A DNA stretch of 64,000 nucleotides from a virus (Duplodnaviria; Caudoviricetes): IMG/VR virus record IMGVR_UViG_3300032116_000002, one strand, 5' to 3'. Made by a program: the position numbers and the translations under genes. Shown here piece after piece: positions 55,701 through 64,000 of this stretch (positions are counted from its first letter, which is position 1; each line of letters begins with the position of its first letter). The notes under the pieces were generated by a model. That model did not search any database, was not told the DNA's origin, and was given only the letters and a program-made list of their open reading frames with translations.

Positions 55701-57271
55701 CATATAAAAATAACATCAGTGTTATTCCCGGAGAAACTTTAACTATGGACGTAGGTTCAGGTGGTGTGCAAGGTACGAACGGTAGTTACACTCAAGTAAT
55801 TAGAGACAATTTAGGTCCTAATCAAGTAATATTATTAAGAGCGACTGGTGGCCGAGGAGGAATCACCAACGGCGCAGGTGGAGCCGGCGGCACCCGTGAT
55901 GTCAATTACCCTGGAGATGGTGGTGGTACAGGCGGTGCGGGCGCCGCTGCTACACTACCTAGTTCTACTGTTGCAAGTGGTGGCGGTGGCGGTGGTGGCG
56001 CTGGATATGCTGGCAATGGCGGCAGTGGTGGACGAGATAGAACTAATGGCAATCCTGGAAATGGCGGTGGTGGTGGCGGAGGAGGAGGCGGTAATGGCTC
56101 CGGAAGTTCCGGCGGCGGTGGAGGTGGTGTAGGTCCATGGGGTCAAGGCACTAATGGAACAGGTGGAGGTGCCCAGCAAGGTGGAGGCGGTGGTGGATCT
56201 GGTGGACAGAATGGTAGTTTTAATTTATCAGAAAATGGCGGATGGTACGGTGGAGGCGGGGGTGGCTCAAGACTTGCAACTTCAGGTACACGTTTTGGGG
56301 GCAACGGCGGTAGTGGGGCTATTAGAGTTATATGGGCTGGCGGATCAGGATTAACAAGGCAATTTCCAACTACAAATACAGATGATATTATAGAAGCAGA
56401 CTACTTGGTAATAGCAGGAGGTGGTGGCGGGGGTGCTGGTGGTGCAAGTTATACACAACCTTCAGGTGGTGGCGGCGCAGGGGGATTCGTTACTGCATAC
56501 GATGTTATATTAACTGGAAGAATTACTTATACTATTACTGTTGGTGCGGGAGGGGCAGGTGGATATTCATCAGGAACCTCAGGATCAATTCTTACTGCTG
56601 CTACGAACGGCGGTGGGTCATCAATATCAGGTACTGGATTGACTACTATATCTGCTACAGGCGGAGGGCGTGGTGCGTCTTCAAATCAATTTGAAGCACT
56701 CTTAGGTGGTTCTGGAGGCGGCGGTGGTGCAAGTGGTACTTCAACTGTAAATGGGGCTGCAGGTACTGCAGGGCAAGGTAATAACGGTGGAAATGCTTTC
56801 GGTAGTAGTACTGCACCGTTAGGTGGCGGTGGCGGTGGTGCTGGCGCAGCTGGTCAATCAGGAAACGCAGGTGGAAGTGGTCGTGCTGGAAATGGTGGTA
56901 TTGGTTTACCAAATCCATTTACTGGAGAATATCTAGCTGGTGGAGGTGGCGGATCAGGAACGGATAATATTTATGGATTGAGTGGTGCTGGTGGATATGG
57001 TGGAGGTGGTGCTGGATATACCGGCAACTACAACGTTGGATCAACAGCCACTCCAGGAACTACCGGTACTGGTGGAGGTGGAGGTGGCCTACATCAAGGA
57101 GGCGGAAACCAATATATAACAAACAATGCAGGCAATGGAGGTTCAGGAGTTGTAATATTGAGGTTCGCCGCTGCTATTACACCCACTACTGTAACAGGTA
57201 GTCCTACTATTACAACTGTAGGGAATTACAAAATTTATCGTTGGACCAACAATGGTACAATAGTTTTTTAA
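52772..57271 (+). CDS. large virion-surface/fibre-type protein: three Gly-rich domains, LamG/ConA-like domain, Fn3 repeats
   Basis: P-x-APTIG...YTF-x-V-x-ATN Fn3 units, WTMEAFV...HVVV LamG pattern, VVCIGGGGGGG and GGSGVVILR Gly-rich domain signatures. Confidence 0.8.
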   Translation: MVFRITGGITIDGGLSSSGREPDPPTNVTATKVNETTARITVTDPVNQGGLPITTYTASTYIVTQLGGTGEATYSTPGTYIWTAPAGVTSVCVVCIGGGGGGGVGGIPYNGYNSGGGGGGGLAYLNNYPVTSGSTYTVVVGAGGTRGLAPNAGQPDSNPPTVGGDSYFVSRSVCMGGGGNIRTGGYDGGLGGTYTVTTSTGSYGGGNGGKGGDCVSRGSGGGGGAGGYEGSGGNGGASNNGNGTNGSSGGGGGGAGNGYYTIESETGGAGGGGGTGVLGRGVDGAGAISIPTTVFSTYNQPGGGGGSGGSSGGIGLNQGAGGAGGSYGGGGGGGEWFSGGLGGNGGGGAVRIIWGINASFPINAGLSASYDLVSSTTSNSNTINAVNNYGGGDGPVEYIFDGVTFYEIPYNAAFELSDSSWTMEAFVTPTTTNVVRGIVNNWNTGGAFEWYINASNTLTFKYTYNISGVFDYTYTGSTVIQPNVRTHVVVQKQGANLVFFINGVADPVTFAGSFSNRFVVFYNNEKKPLRYGIGSDGTGYFTGKMSNLRISKKSFLYGSGTNSSFPVPSLPLEITQSVVSSGGRDVIASLVPSDVLLLVLSDPKPGKDKSNYDWSSALNGTIGITGKVEYAFKVTATNAAGTSLLSERSDIIRYLGPNAPTIGSATRVGNTSASVTFTAPADSGDGPVLDYIVVSSPGGFNATGASSPITVSGLVKGTSYTFTASARNKFATGTASAASNSVTAIGIPDAPTIGTATITGSTTASLSFTAPANTGGLPITSYTVTSSPGGITATGSSSPISITGLTIGQTYTFTVTATNSLGTSTASSASNSISLVVPNAPTIGVATMTGKTTATVVFTAPTDNGGPAVTGYTVVTTPDNITVSGTSSPINITGLTFGTIYTLKVYATNLIGNGTLSSASNQIVYTGPGQTLFTGYSTWVVPVGVTSISVVAIGGGGSGASATTTQAGGGGGGGGLAYKNNISVIPGETLTMDVGSGGVQGTNGSYTQVIRDNLGPNQVILLRATGGRGGITNGAGGAGGTRDVNYPGDGGGTGGAGAAATLPSSTVASGGGGGGGAGYAGNGGSGGRDRTNGNPGNGGGGGGGGGGNGSGSSGGGGGGVGPWGQGTNGTGGGAQQGGGGGGSGGQNGSFNLSENGGWYGGGGGGSRLATSGTRFGGNGGSGAIRVIWAGGSGLTRQFPTTNTDDIIEADYLVIAGGGGGGAGGASYTQPSGGGGAGGFVTAYDVILTGRITYTITVGAGGAGGYSSGTSGSILTAATNGGGSSISGTGLTTISATGGGRGASSNQFEALLGGSGGGGGASGTSTVNGAAGTAGQGNNGGNAFGSSTAPLGGGGGGAGAAGQSGNAGGSGRAGNGGIGLPNPFTGEYLAGGGGGSGTDNIYGLSGAGGYGGGGAGYTGNYNVGSTATPGTTGTGGGGGGLHQGGGNQYITNNAGNGGSGVVILRFAAAITPTTVTGSPTITTVGNYKIYRWTNNGTIVF

Positions 57272-57327
57272 AATAAAAGTAGTATAAAATAATAATAAGA
57301 TCCTTAACATAAAGGGGACGTAGCAAG

Positions 57328-58107
57328 ATGGATCCATTAACGCTATTTGCGTTAGCTAATGGTGCGGTTAAACTTGTAAAGGAAGGATGTAAACTTTACA
57401 AGGACATTAAAGGGGCGGCTGGGGATGTTAAAGATGTCCTCAAAGACCTTGACGACCAATTTCATAACAAATTCAAAGACCGCGCTCCCACGGTAGCAGA
57501 AAAAAATCAATTCATACAAGAAAAAAATCGTATCATTGAACTGAATAAACAGTCAGGTGATACTACCAATATATACACAGAAATAGGCCAGCAATTAGGC
57601 GCATACTTTGACAACTACTATAAGTGTAAGGCAATATTTGAAGAAGAAGAACGCCGTAGTAAGACTGAAGTTTATCACGGAGAAGATAGCTTAGGTAAAC
57701 GTGCATTACAACGTGTGCTTCTTAAAAAACAGCTTCAGCACATGGGCGAAGAACTGCGTGAAATCATGGTGTACAACAGTCCACCAGAACTAGGTGCTTT
57801 ATGGACTGAAGTAAACGACATGATGGAAAAAGTCGGCAAGGAGCAAGCAGGTGCTATTGCCATAGAAATGCAACGCAACAGAGAATTGGCTAAGCAGAGA
57901 GCCAGACGCAATAAAAGAATAAAGTACAGAATATTGTGTTGGAGTTCAAGTAGTATCGCTGTTCTTTATATATGTTGGTTAATGTGGGCGGTAGTGCAGG
58001 TGCGCATTGACAAACACCCTGAATTAGGCGTTTGTTTGTTACCCAAAGGTACTGCCATATATAAATGGTACAATAATTTAAAATGGATAGATTGCGAACC
58101 TAAATAA
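57328..58107 (+). CDS. helical hypothetical protein with C-terminal TM
   Basis: MDPLTLFALA N-terminus, coiled coil, TM near the end. Confidence 0.6.
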   Translation: MDPLTLFALANGAVKLVKEGCKLYKDIKGAAGDVKDVLKDLDDQFHNKFKDRAPTVAEKNQFIQEKNRIIELNKQSGDTTNIYTEIGQQLGAYFDNYYKCKAIFEEEERRSKTEVYHGEDSLGKRALQRVLLKKQLQHMGEELREIMVYNSPPELGALWTEVNDMMEKVGKEQAGAIAIEMQRNRELAKQRARRNKRIKYRILCWSSSSIAVLYICWLMWAVVQVRIDKHPELGVCLLPKGTAIYKWYNNLKWIDCEPK

Positions 58108-58124
58108 TTCAGCTAAATATTTAT

Positions 58125-58724
58125 ATGAAAATCTTTGAAGTTACAGAACCACAGCGTAGAATGCCCACTCTATATTTGGATATGGATGGCGTACAGGCAG
58201 ACTTTTTTACTCAATGGGCCAATTGGTGGGGCAGAAAGACAGGCAACCCTGATGTTAAATGGTATAAGGACATAGGGGACAAGGCACAGAGAGAAATTTC
58301 AATTGAAACTATGCAAAAAGAAGGCCCTAACTTTGTATACGAATTTTTTGCTACACTTCCTGTATTATCGGGTGCTAGTGAATTATTGTCATATATAAGA
58401 CAAAATAATTTACCCTGCACTATACTATCTGCCCCATTAAGATCACCTAAAGAAGATAAGAGTAAAGCAATTACACAAGCTAGTATTGAGGGTAAAAAGT
58501 ATTGGCTCGCTCAACACGGCGTAGATTTTCCAGCTATATTTGACGGACAAAAAGACAGATATGCTAAAAAAGGTGGTGACCCTAACGTACTAGTTGACGA
58601 TCATAAGAAGTACATTTCAGCCTGGGACGCAGCTGGTGGCATAGGTATATTGCATCGTTGGAATAATGTTGATAATACAATACAAGCATTAAACCAAGTA
58701 TACAGTCAATTTTTAGCTAAATAA
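58125..58724 (+). CDS. HAD-family 5'(3')-nucleotidase-like protein
   Basis: YLDMDGV (DxD), ILSAP, K, LVDDH. Confidence 0.82.
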   Translation: MKIFEVTEPQRRMPTLYLDMDGVQADFFTQWANWWGRKTGNPDVKWYKDIGDKAQREISIETMQKEGPNFVYEFFATLPVLSGASELLSYIRQNNLPCTILSAPLRSPKEDKSKAITQASIEGKKYWLAQHGVDFPAIFDGQKDRYAKKGGDPNVLVDDHKKYISAWDAAGGIGILHRWNNVDNTIQALNQVYSQFLAK

Positions 58725-58744
58725 TATATTATTAAAGGCATATT

Positions 58745-59704
58745 ATGGACCGCGAATTTTTCAGAAAATATCTAGATATTATAAGTGAATCTAGCCCACC
58801 TCCTTCTGTGATGGAAGAAATTATTGACATTAACGATAGCTTTGACATAGAGTTAAATGAACACTTTGTGATAGAAACAGGTGTTGTTGGCTTCACAGAA
58901 GATGGTATCGTCATTGAAGCAGATGAAACTATATTAGGATTATTAGAAGTAAACGATATTCTAACAGAAGATATAGGATTAGAAGAAACTAAGCCGGGTC
59001 TATGGGCTAACATACATGCTAAACGTGAGCGTATCAAACAAGGTTCAGGCGAGAAAATGCGTAAGCCTGGTAGTAAAGGTGCACCATCTGCACAAAACTT
59101 TAGGGATGCTGCTAAAGAAGGTGCAGGTGAGTACATGGACACTAAGCCATATACTCCTAACACTAAATCAAGTCCACCTAAAATGGATACAAAGCCAGCA
59201 GAAGAAAAACCATTGCAAGGTAATCCAAAAGATTATATTACCAAAGAAGATCAAGGCATTAGTCAACGTGTAAGAAATGATGCGTTTGCAGAGTTAGACA
59301 AAATTAGAAGCGGTGGTACATCTGATTTAGAACAACAGGCTGATACTTTTAGACAAAAGGCTCAGGCTGGTCAAGCAGGTAAGTCTACTAAGTGGAGTGA
59401 AATGTCTCCAGCACAACAAGAAGAATTACGTAGACAAGGTTTTGGTCCTCAAAAAACTACTAATGAAGCAGAATATCAAGGTCGTGAAGTTCCATTAGGT
59501 AAGCCAATGGCAGGTGATGTTAAGAAATCAAAAGTCTATGTTCGCAAACCAAACGGTAAGGTCGTTAAAGTAAACTTCGGTGATAAGAACATGACAATTA
59601 AAAAGTCTAATCCCGCACGCCGTAAAAGTTTCAGAGCAAGACACAATTGCGAGAATCCAGGACCACGTTGGAAGGCAAGATACTGGTCTTGCAGAGCCTG
59701 GTAA
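58745..59704 (+). CDS. probable internal head protein with basic C-terminal domain
   Basis: FFRKYLDIISE N-terminus; GLWANIHAKR and EAEYQGR...FRARHNC...YWSCRAW modules. Confidence 0.6.
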   Translation: MDREFFRKYLDIISESSPPPSVMEEIIDINDSFDIELNEHFVIETGVVGFTEDGIVIEADETILGLLEVNDILTEDIGLEETKPGLWANIHAKRERIKQGSGEKMRKPGSKGAPSAQNFRDAAKEGAGEYMDTKPYTPNTKSSPPKMDTKPAEEKPLQGNPKDYITKEDQGISQRVRNDAFAELDKIRSGGTSDLEQQADTFRQKAQAGQAGKSTKWSEMSPAQQEELRRQGFGPQKTTNEAEYQGREVPLGKPMAGDVKKSKVYVRKPNGKVVKVNFGDKNMTIKKSNPARRKSFRARHNCENPGPRWKARYWSCRAW

Positions 59705-59717
59705 ATAGGAAAATATA

Positions 59718-61016
59718 ATGAGTGATTCAAAATTTTTTAGACAATATTTAGATATATTAAATGAAGGCCCGCCCGCAGGTGTTGGTCCTAACGCACCAGT
59801 TAGACCTGTTGCACCTCAACAACCTGGGCAGCCCGATACCTTTACTAAAATGTTGCCTGGCATGGGTAACAAAGCTATAAATGCAGGAAAAGGACTAGTA
59901 GATCCCTATGCAAAAACTATGGCTAACTTCACACCAGGATCACCATATTATCAGCAGAATGTAGCCAATAATCCTGCAGTTAAGGCCAAAGTAGATGCAT
60001 TTATGCAAACTGCTCCTACAGCCGGTCAGTTAGGTGCTAATATTGATGCAACACAACAATCATTTAATAAAGCTTTGACACAAAAACCAACTGTCGGTGG
60101 TACTAGTGCAGAGTACGAAAAAGCCGCAGTACAAACTGGATTGCCTGCAGTACCGGCACCCACAACAGAAGAAAGAGATGATGATACAGATGATGGCAAA
60201 TTAATGAGAAAGTATATGGACTTCTTAGACGAAGCTCCTATACAAGCTGTCAATCCTAATGATCCTAATGCTGCTGCGTTTGGTAAAAAAATTAATGCAC
60301 CAGCTCAAGCTACACCACAAGTTGCAGCTAATACAGGTCCTGCAACTGCTATAAATCCTAATGATAAAAATGCTGCTGCATTTGGTAAACAGATTAATGC
60401 TCCTGCAGCAAATACACAAACTGCAACTACAACTCAAACACCAACCGCACAACCAGCAGCACATGTCGTAGACCCAAATCGTAAATATGGCGGTGGCTAT
60501 GACCCTACCAAAGTGCAATATGCTTCTACAAGTAGTAACCCAACACAACCTAACCCAGCGCCAGTTAAACAAAACACTGCTACTTCAGCTAATATGGGTG
60601 GTTACGCTCAATCAGCACAACCTAACCCTACACCACCTGCCAAATTAGCAGGTGGAACTACTAGTCAACAAACCAATAATCAAAGTAGTGGATACACTGC
60701 ACAAAGTCAAGCACAAAACACTACGGCAGCGACTAATGCAGCAGCGCCAACATTTACGGGAATGGCAGGAAATACACAACCAACTACTGCACAATCTGGT
60801 TTAGCAGGTCAATATGTATCTGCTAATCAACCTCAAGCAGCTACCACAGCAGCTACTCAGCCAACATCAGATGTATTAGCTACTCAAGCATTGCAATCGC
60901 AAGATCAAGGAGTCGCAGGTACATCAAAGGGTATACCAGCTGCATTTGGTCAAGTAGCAGAAGATGATGAAGATGATGTTGATCTAAAGAGAATTAGAGA
61001 ACTGATTAGAAAATAA
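59718..61016 (+). CDS. low-complexity A/P/Q/T-rich probable internal head protein
   Basis: FFRQYLDILNE N-terminus; NPND-x-NAAAFGK-x-INAPA twice. Confidence 0.6.
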   Translation: MSDSKFFRQYLDILNEGPPAGVGPNAPVRPVAPQQPGQPDTFTKMLPGMGNKAINAGKGLVDPYAKTMANFTPGSPYYQQNVANNPAVKAKVDAFMQTAPTAGQLGANIDATQQSFNKALTQKPTVGGTSAEYEKAAVQTGLPAVPAPTTEERDDDTDDGKLMRKYMDFLDEAPIQAVNPNDPNAAAFGKKINAPAQATPQVAANTGPATAINPNDKNAAAFGKQINAPAANTQTATTTQTPTAQPAAHVVDPNRKYGGGYDPTKVQYASTSSNPTQPNPAPVKQNTATSANMGGYAQSAQPNPTPPAKLAGGTTSQQTNNQSSGYTAQSQAQNTTAATNAAAPTFTGMAGNTQPTTAQSGLAGQYVSANQPQAATTAATQPTSDVLATQALQSQDQGVAGTSKGIPAAFGQVAEDDEDDVDLKRIRELIRK

Positions 61017-61017
61017 C

Positions 61018-61983
61018 ATGCGAGCAAAAGAATTTATATTTGAAGCAGATAATAGAACGCCTAGAGAAAAATTTCTAGACCGTGTTATTGGTCCTGAAAG
61101 TGGCGGTAAGCTTGGTATACAAAATAAAAGAAGTGGTGCTCAGGGGTTATTTCAATTCATGCCGGACACTTGGAAAGGAGTAGTAAAAAAAGCTAAACCA
61201 GGTGATCCACATTACGGTATGAGTTTTGATCAAATGAGACATAACGAAAAAGCTCAAAGGTCTGCAGCCGATCAGATAGCAAGAGAATATCAAACAGCAA
61301 TCAAGCGACACGGTATGCCTGATACTCCTACAAGTTATTATTTGTTGCATGGTCATGGACCTAAAGGTGTAGAAATCTTTAAGAATCCTGATAAGCAACT
61401 CAAAGATATTTATCCTGAGTATGTAAGAAATAAAGAAGGAAAGATGGTTAAAAATATTGTATACAGACAAAATCCTAACTTTGATCCTAATCAAAGATTA
61501 AGGGACGTTGTCGCTAATACTGCTTCTAAAATGGGCGATAAAATTACTGATATGTATCCTACTACCAGTAAAACACAACTGGCTAAAAATGAGCCTCAAC
61601 CTGTCAAAGAACCATCTACAATCGATAAGGTAAAGAAAAAAATTACCGATATTGGAACTAACGTGTTAGGTACCGTAGTAGGAGCTAAAGACGCACGTGC
61701 AGGTGAATTGCCGGCAGACACTAAAGCTAAACTACAACAACCAATAGAACCTAAAATCACAACGCAACAAACAATAGAACCGAAACCTATTAGTCAACAG
61801 CAACCAGAACCTAAACCTACACTGCAACAACCACAAACATACAAAGGTGGAATCGATCTTGATTTATTAAAACCAGAACCAAAAACTTATGGCGCTGGAT
61901 ATGATCCTAGTAAAGTTCAATATGCGTATGTAGATGGTAAACCTAATCCTGCTATAAAAAATAAAAACGATTCGGGTAATTAA
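61018..61983 (+). CDS. lysozyme-like / lytic transglycosylase domain protein
   Basis: PESGG (catalytic Glu), SGAQGLFQFMPDTW, YLLHGHG; N-terminus MRAKEFIFE. Confidence 0.78.
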   Translation: MRAKEFIFEADNRTPREKFLDRVIGPESGGKLGIQNKRSGAQGLFQFMPDTWKGVVKKAKPGDPHYGMSFDQMRHNEKAQRSAADQIAREYQTAIKRHGMPDTPTSYYLLHGHGPKGVEIFKNPDKQLKDIYPEYVRNKEGKMVKNIVYRQNPNFDPNQRLRDVVANTASKMGDKITDMYPTTSKTQLAKNEPQPVKEPSTIDKVKKKITDIGTNVLGTVVGAKDARAGELPADTKAKLQQPIEPKITTQQTIEPKPISQQQPEPKPTLQQPQTYKGGIDLDLLKPEPKTYGAGYDPSKVQYAYVDGKPNPAIKNKNDSGN

Positions 61984-61987
61984 ATGA

Positions 61988-62016
61988 TTGACAACTCTTT
62001 ACGAATTTTGTAAAAT
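61988..62016 (+). promoter_or_regulatory. sigma70-type promoter
   Basis: TTGACA-17 bp-TAAAAT. Confidence 0.65.
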
Positions 62017-62021
62017 CATAT

Positions 62022-62207
62022 ATGCCTAGAAAAAAGAAAAATCTACCCAACAAAACCTTTGAAGTAGTTACCAAACAAAATGTAAACGGTGATGTAATTT
62101 TGCCATTGCCTCCTGAGTTAATTAAAAAATTAAAATGGTCTGATGGTGACAATCTTGAATTTTGTGTGGGTAAAGATGGCAATTTTATTTTAAGGAAAAC
62201 TAGCTAA
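62022..62207 (+). CDS. AbrB/MazE-like DNA-binding protein
   Basis: ILPLPPELIKKLKWSDGDNLEF. Confidence 0.7.
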   Translation: MPRKKKNLPNKTFEVVTKQNVNGDVILPLPPELIKKLKWSDGDNLEFCVGKDGNFILRKTS

Positions 62208-62737
62208 TGGACGATATGAGCAGGAGTCAAATACCAAGTTTAACAAGTTCAGATTTAAGCACCATCACATTATCTGATTTAGATACAATTACGATTGATA
62301 ACACTATAGATACTTTTGATCTATCAGGTTTAGAACCTATCACAATAAATTTAAGTAATGTAGGTAGTGGTGGGTCAGGATACGCTAACACTTATTCTGG
62401 TTCAGGTGGTGCTGGAATATATTCATCACCGACACTTACTGGCAGTTATACAGTTCCAAGCACAGTATGGGCTACAAATATAGCACAGCCTACTATGACA
62501 ACAAACAATGGTGTTACAACCATGACACAAGATGTTGAGATAAAAGGCAACTTAAAAGTTAACGGTAAAGACATAAATGGACTACTCGAAAGAATTGAAG
62601 AAAAACTAGCAATATATCAACCTGCACCTGAACTAGAAGAAAAATGGGAAGAACTTAGAGAGTTGTCAAGAAGATACAAAGAGTTGGTCGCCGACATTAG
62701 AGAAAAAGAAAAGATTTGGGACATACTCAAAAAATAA
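62207..62737 (+). CDS. hypothetical protein with S/T/G-rich N-terminus and coiled-coil tail
   Basis: TAATG-coupled ORF. Confidence 0.6.
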   Translation: MDDMSRSQIPSLTSSDLSTITLSDLDTITIDNTIDTFDLSGLEPITINLSNVGSGGSGYANTYSGSGGAGIYSSPTLTGSYTVPSTVWATNIAQPTMTTNNGVTTMTQDVEIKGNLKVNGKDINGLLERIEEKLAIYQPAPELEEKWEELRELSRRYKELVADIREKEKIWDILKK

Positions 62738-62769
62738 TTGACAACAAATATGCTTTGTGATACTATAAT
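62738..62769 (+). promoter_or_regulatory. sigma70-type promoter
   Basis: TTGACA-17 bp-TACTAT, overlapping TATAAT. Confidence 0.6.
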
Positions 62770-62799
62770 AATACATTCAACTACCACAGTGTTATCATT

Positions 62800-63192
62800 A
62801 TGACAATGCATCTAGCACATCCTGCTCTGACTACTTTAGGCAAACGCAAGGGCAAGCAAAAGTTCGCAAGCTCCGAACAGAAGCGCAAGTTGCAATTGTT
62901 GCAACAAGACTGGGAACGCAAGCAACAAGAATGGCTCAAGATGAGCAACCCTGCACTTGTTAACAAAAAGTCAACACCATCACGTAAGTTACCCAATCTA
63001 TCAGTTCCAGCCGATCGTAGTACAAAACATATTCCCAGCGTTGACACAGGCATCAAAGGTGCAGTCAACGTCAAACAACCAATGCAATATACCGGTGACA
63101 AGATTATCGGTATCGGCACTATGCACAAGTCCAATGCAGTGCCCATCTTTAATGATGAAGCAGCCAAGGACATTAGCAAGATGAGGAGATAA
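62800..63192 (+). CDS. hypothetical phage protein
   Basis: [19 protein letters not shown] motif. Confidence 0.7.
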   Translation: MTMHLAHPALTTLGKRKGKQKFASSEQKRKLQLLQQDWERKQQEWLKMSNPALVNKKSTPSRKLPNLSVPADRSTKHIPSVDTGIKGAVNVKQPMQYTGDKIIGIGTMHKSNAVPIFNDEAAKDISKMRR

Positions 63193-63202
63193 TTGCAACA
63201 CG

Positions 63203-63418
63203 ATGGCTAAAGAAGAAGCATTAAAATTAGATGGTAAGGTAACTGATGTATTACCTAACGCAATGTTCAGAGTACAATTAGAAACTGGACAAAATGTTAT
63301 AGGTTACATTTCAGGTAAAATGCGTCAGCATGACATTAAAGTATTGCTCGGCGATACAGTTGAATTAGAATTCAGCTTATATGACCTAACTCGCGGTAGA
63401 ATAACACGCCGTCGATAA
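63203..63418 (+). CDS. infA: translation initiation factor IF-1
   Basis: MAKEEA...[16 protein letters not shown]...[17 protein letters not shown]. Confidence 0.95.
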   Translation: MAKEEALKLDGKVTDVLPNAMFRVQLETGQNVIGYISGKMRQHDIKVLLGDTVELEFSLYDLTRGRITRRR

Positions 63419-63437
63419 TCACACTAAATACTCTACA

Positions 63438-63989
63438 ATGTATGATATTGTAGATAGAATAGACGAATCCCGAAGAAAATCAATTGAGTTGGAGCCACTC
63501 CGCTATTCCGACTCGGATCTCTCACCTGTAATTTCAAGCAAAACAATTGACTATCATTATCATAACCTAGCTAAAGGTTATGCAAAAAGATATAAGAATA
63601 AAGAAGGTGATGATGACTTCAATTATGCAGGTGCTTTCTTGCATAATATCTACTTTGCACAATTTCGCAAACCTCAAGACAGTAATACACCCAACGGTCC
63701 TGTATTAAATTTAATAAGAAGAAAGTATGGGTATTGGCGTGACTTTAAAGAAGTTTTTAAAGAAGAAGCCATGAAGATACAGGGCAGTGGTTGGATATAT
63801 CTGACCTACACAGGAGAGATAAAAACCATTGTCAATCATGAGGTTCGTAACGATATACTATTACTGATTGACTGGTGGGAACATTCGTATTTTCTTGATT
63901 ATGGTCCTGATAAGAAAAGTTATCTTGACAATACTTGGAAAATTATTAATTGGGTACATATCAACACCCGTTGGGGTAAAAACTTATAG
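63438..63989 (+). CDS. Fe/Mn superoxide dismutase
   Basis: TIDYHY (His), LHNIYF (His), QGSGW, DWWEHSY (Asp/His). Confidence 0.9.
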   Translation: MYDIVDRIDESRRKSIELEPLRYSDSDLSPVISSKTIDYHYHNLAKGYAKRYKNKEGDDDFNYAGAFLHNIYFAQFRKPQDSNTPNGPVLNLIRRKYGYWRDFKEVFKEEAMKIQGSGWIYLTYTGEIKTIVNHEVRNDILLLIDWWEHSYFLDYGPDKKSYLDNTWKIINWVHINTRWGKNL

Positions 63990-64000
63990 GAAAATGTAAT

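Noticed and set aside
53040-57150. Short GGTGGC/GGCGGT repeats as a CRISPR array or DGR repeat
   Set aside because: They are glycine codons in a continuous ORF; there is no constant repeat-spacer period, no cas or RT gene, and no A-specific TR/VR pair.
62022-62737. AbrB/MazE-like gene plus downstream ORF as a toxin-antitoxin pair
   Set aside because: The downstream ORF has no MazF, PIN or other toxin motif; it is low-complexity and coiled coil.
1-64000. Stop-codon reassignment as in some jumbo phages
   Set aside because: Recognisable genes are full length in the standard code, and genes ending in TAG or TGA are followed closely by the next start.
1-64000. tRNA or rRNA genes
   Set aside because: No convincing T-loop GTTCRAATC with a cloverleaf was seen in the few intergenic gaps; tRNAscan-SE would be needed to exclude them fully.

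Overview
A 64 kb, AT-rich, gene-dense segment of a large tailed-phage (jumbo/T4-like myovirus-type) genome, almost entirely on the + strand and readable in the standard code. It holds replication and repair genes (family B DNA polymerase, sliding clamp, RNase H/5'-3' exonuclease, ATP-dependent ligase, UvsE) and translation and proteostasis genes (minimal TilS, bS21, IF-1, ClpX, ClpS, two ClpP, Hsp20, YccA). It also has nucleotide and stress enzymes, many small early ORFs behind repeated sigma70-type promoter cassettes, a 1499-aa Gly-rich/Fn3/LamG virion-type protein, and a block of likely head-packaged proteins. The standout is a ~14 kb cluster (5158-19541) combining a TGT/DpdA-like transglycosylase, FolE, QueD, QueE and a second T-fold protein (no QueC in the window) with two GT-B glycosyltransferases, two cytidylyltransferases, an epimerase, a Rieske oxygenase and a 2OG-Fe(II) hydroxylase. 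This is a candidate novel 7-deazaguanine hypermodification pathway, with a preQ1-I-like pseudoknot just upstream of queD. Other highlights are a ROSE-like thermometer before hsp20, T4-like capsid-targeting N-termini, and a ~10-member small paralog family. All calls come from motif recognition by eye; no database searches or folding programs were run. A betaproteobacterial host is only an inference.
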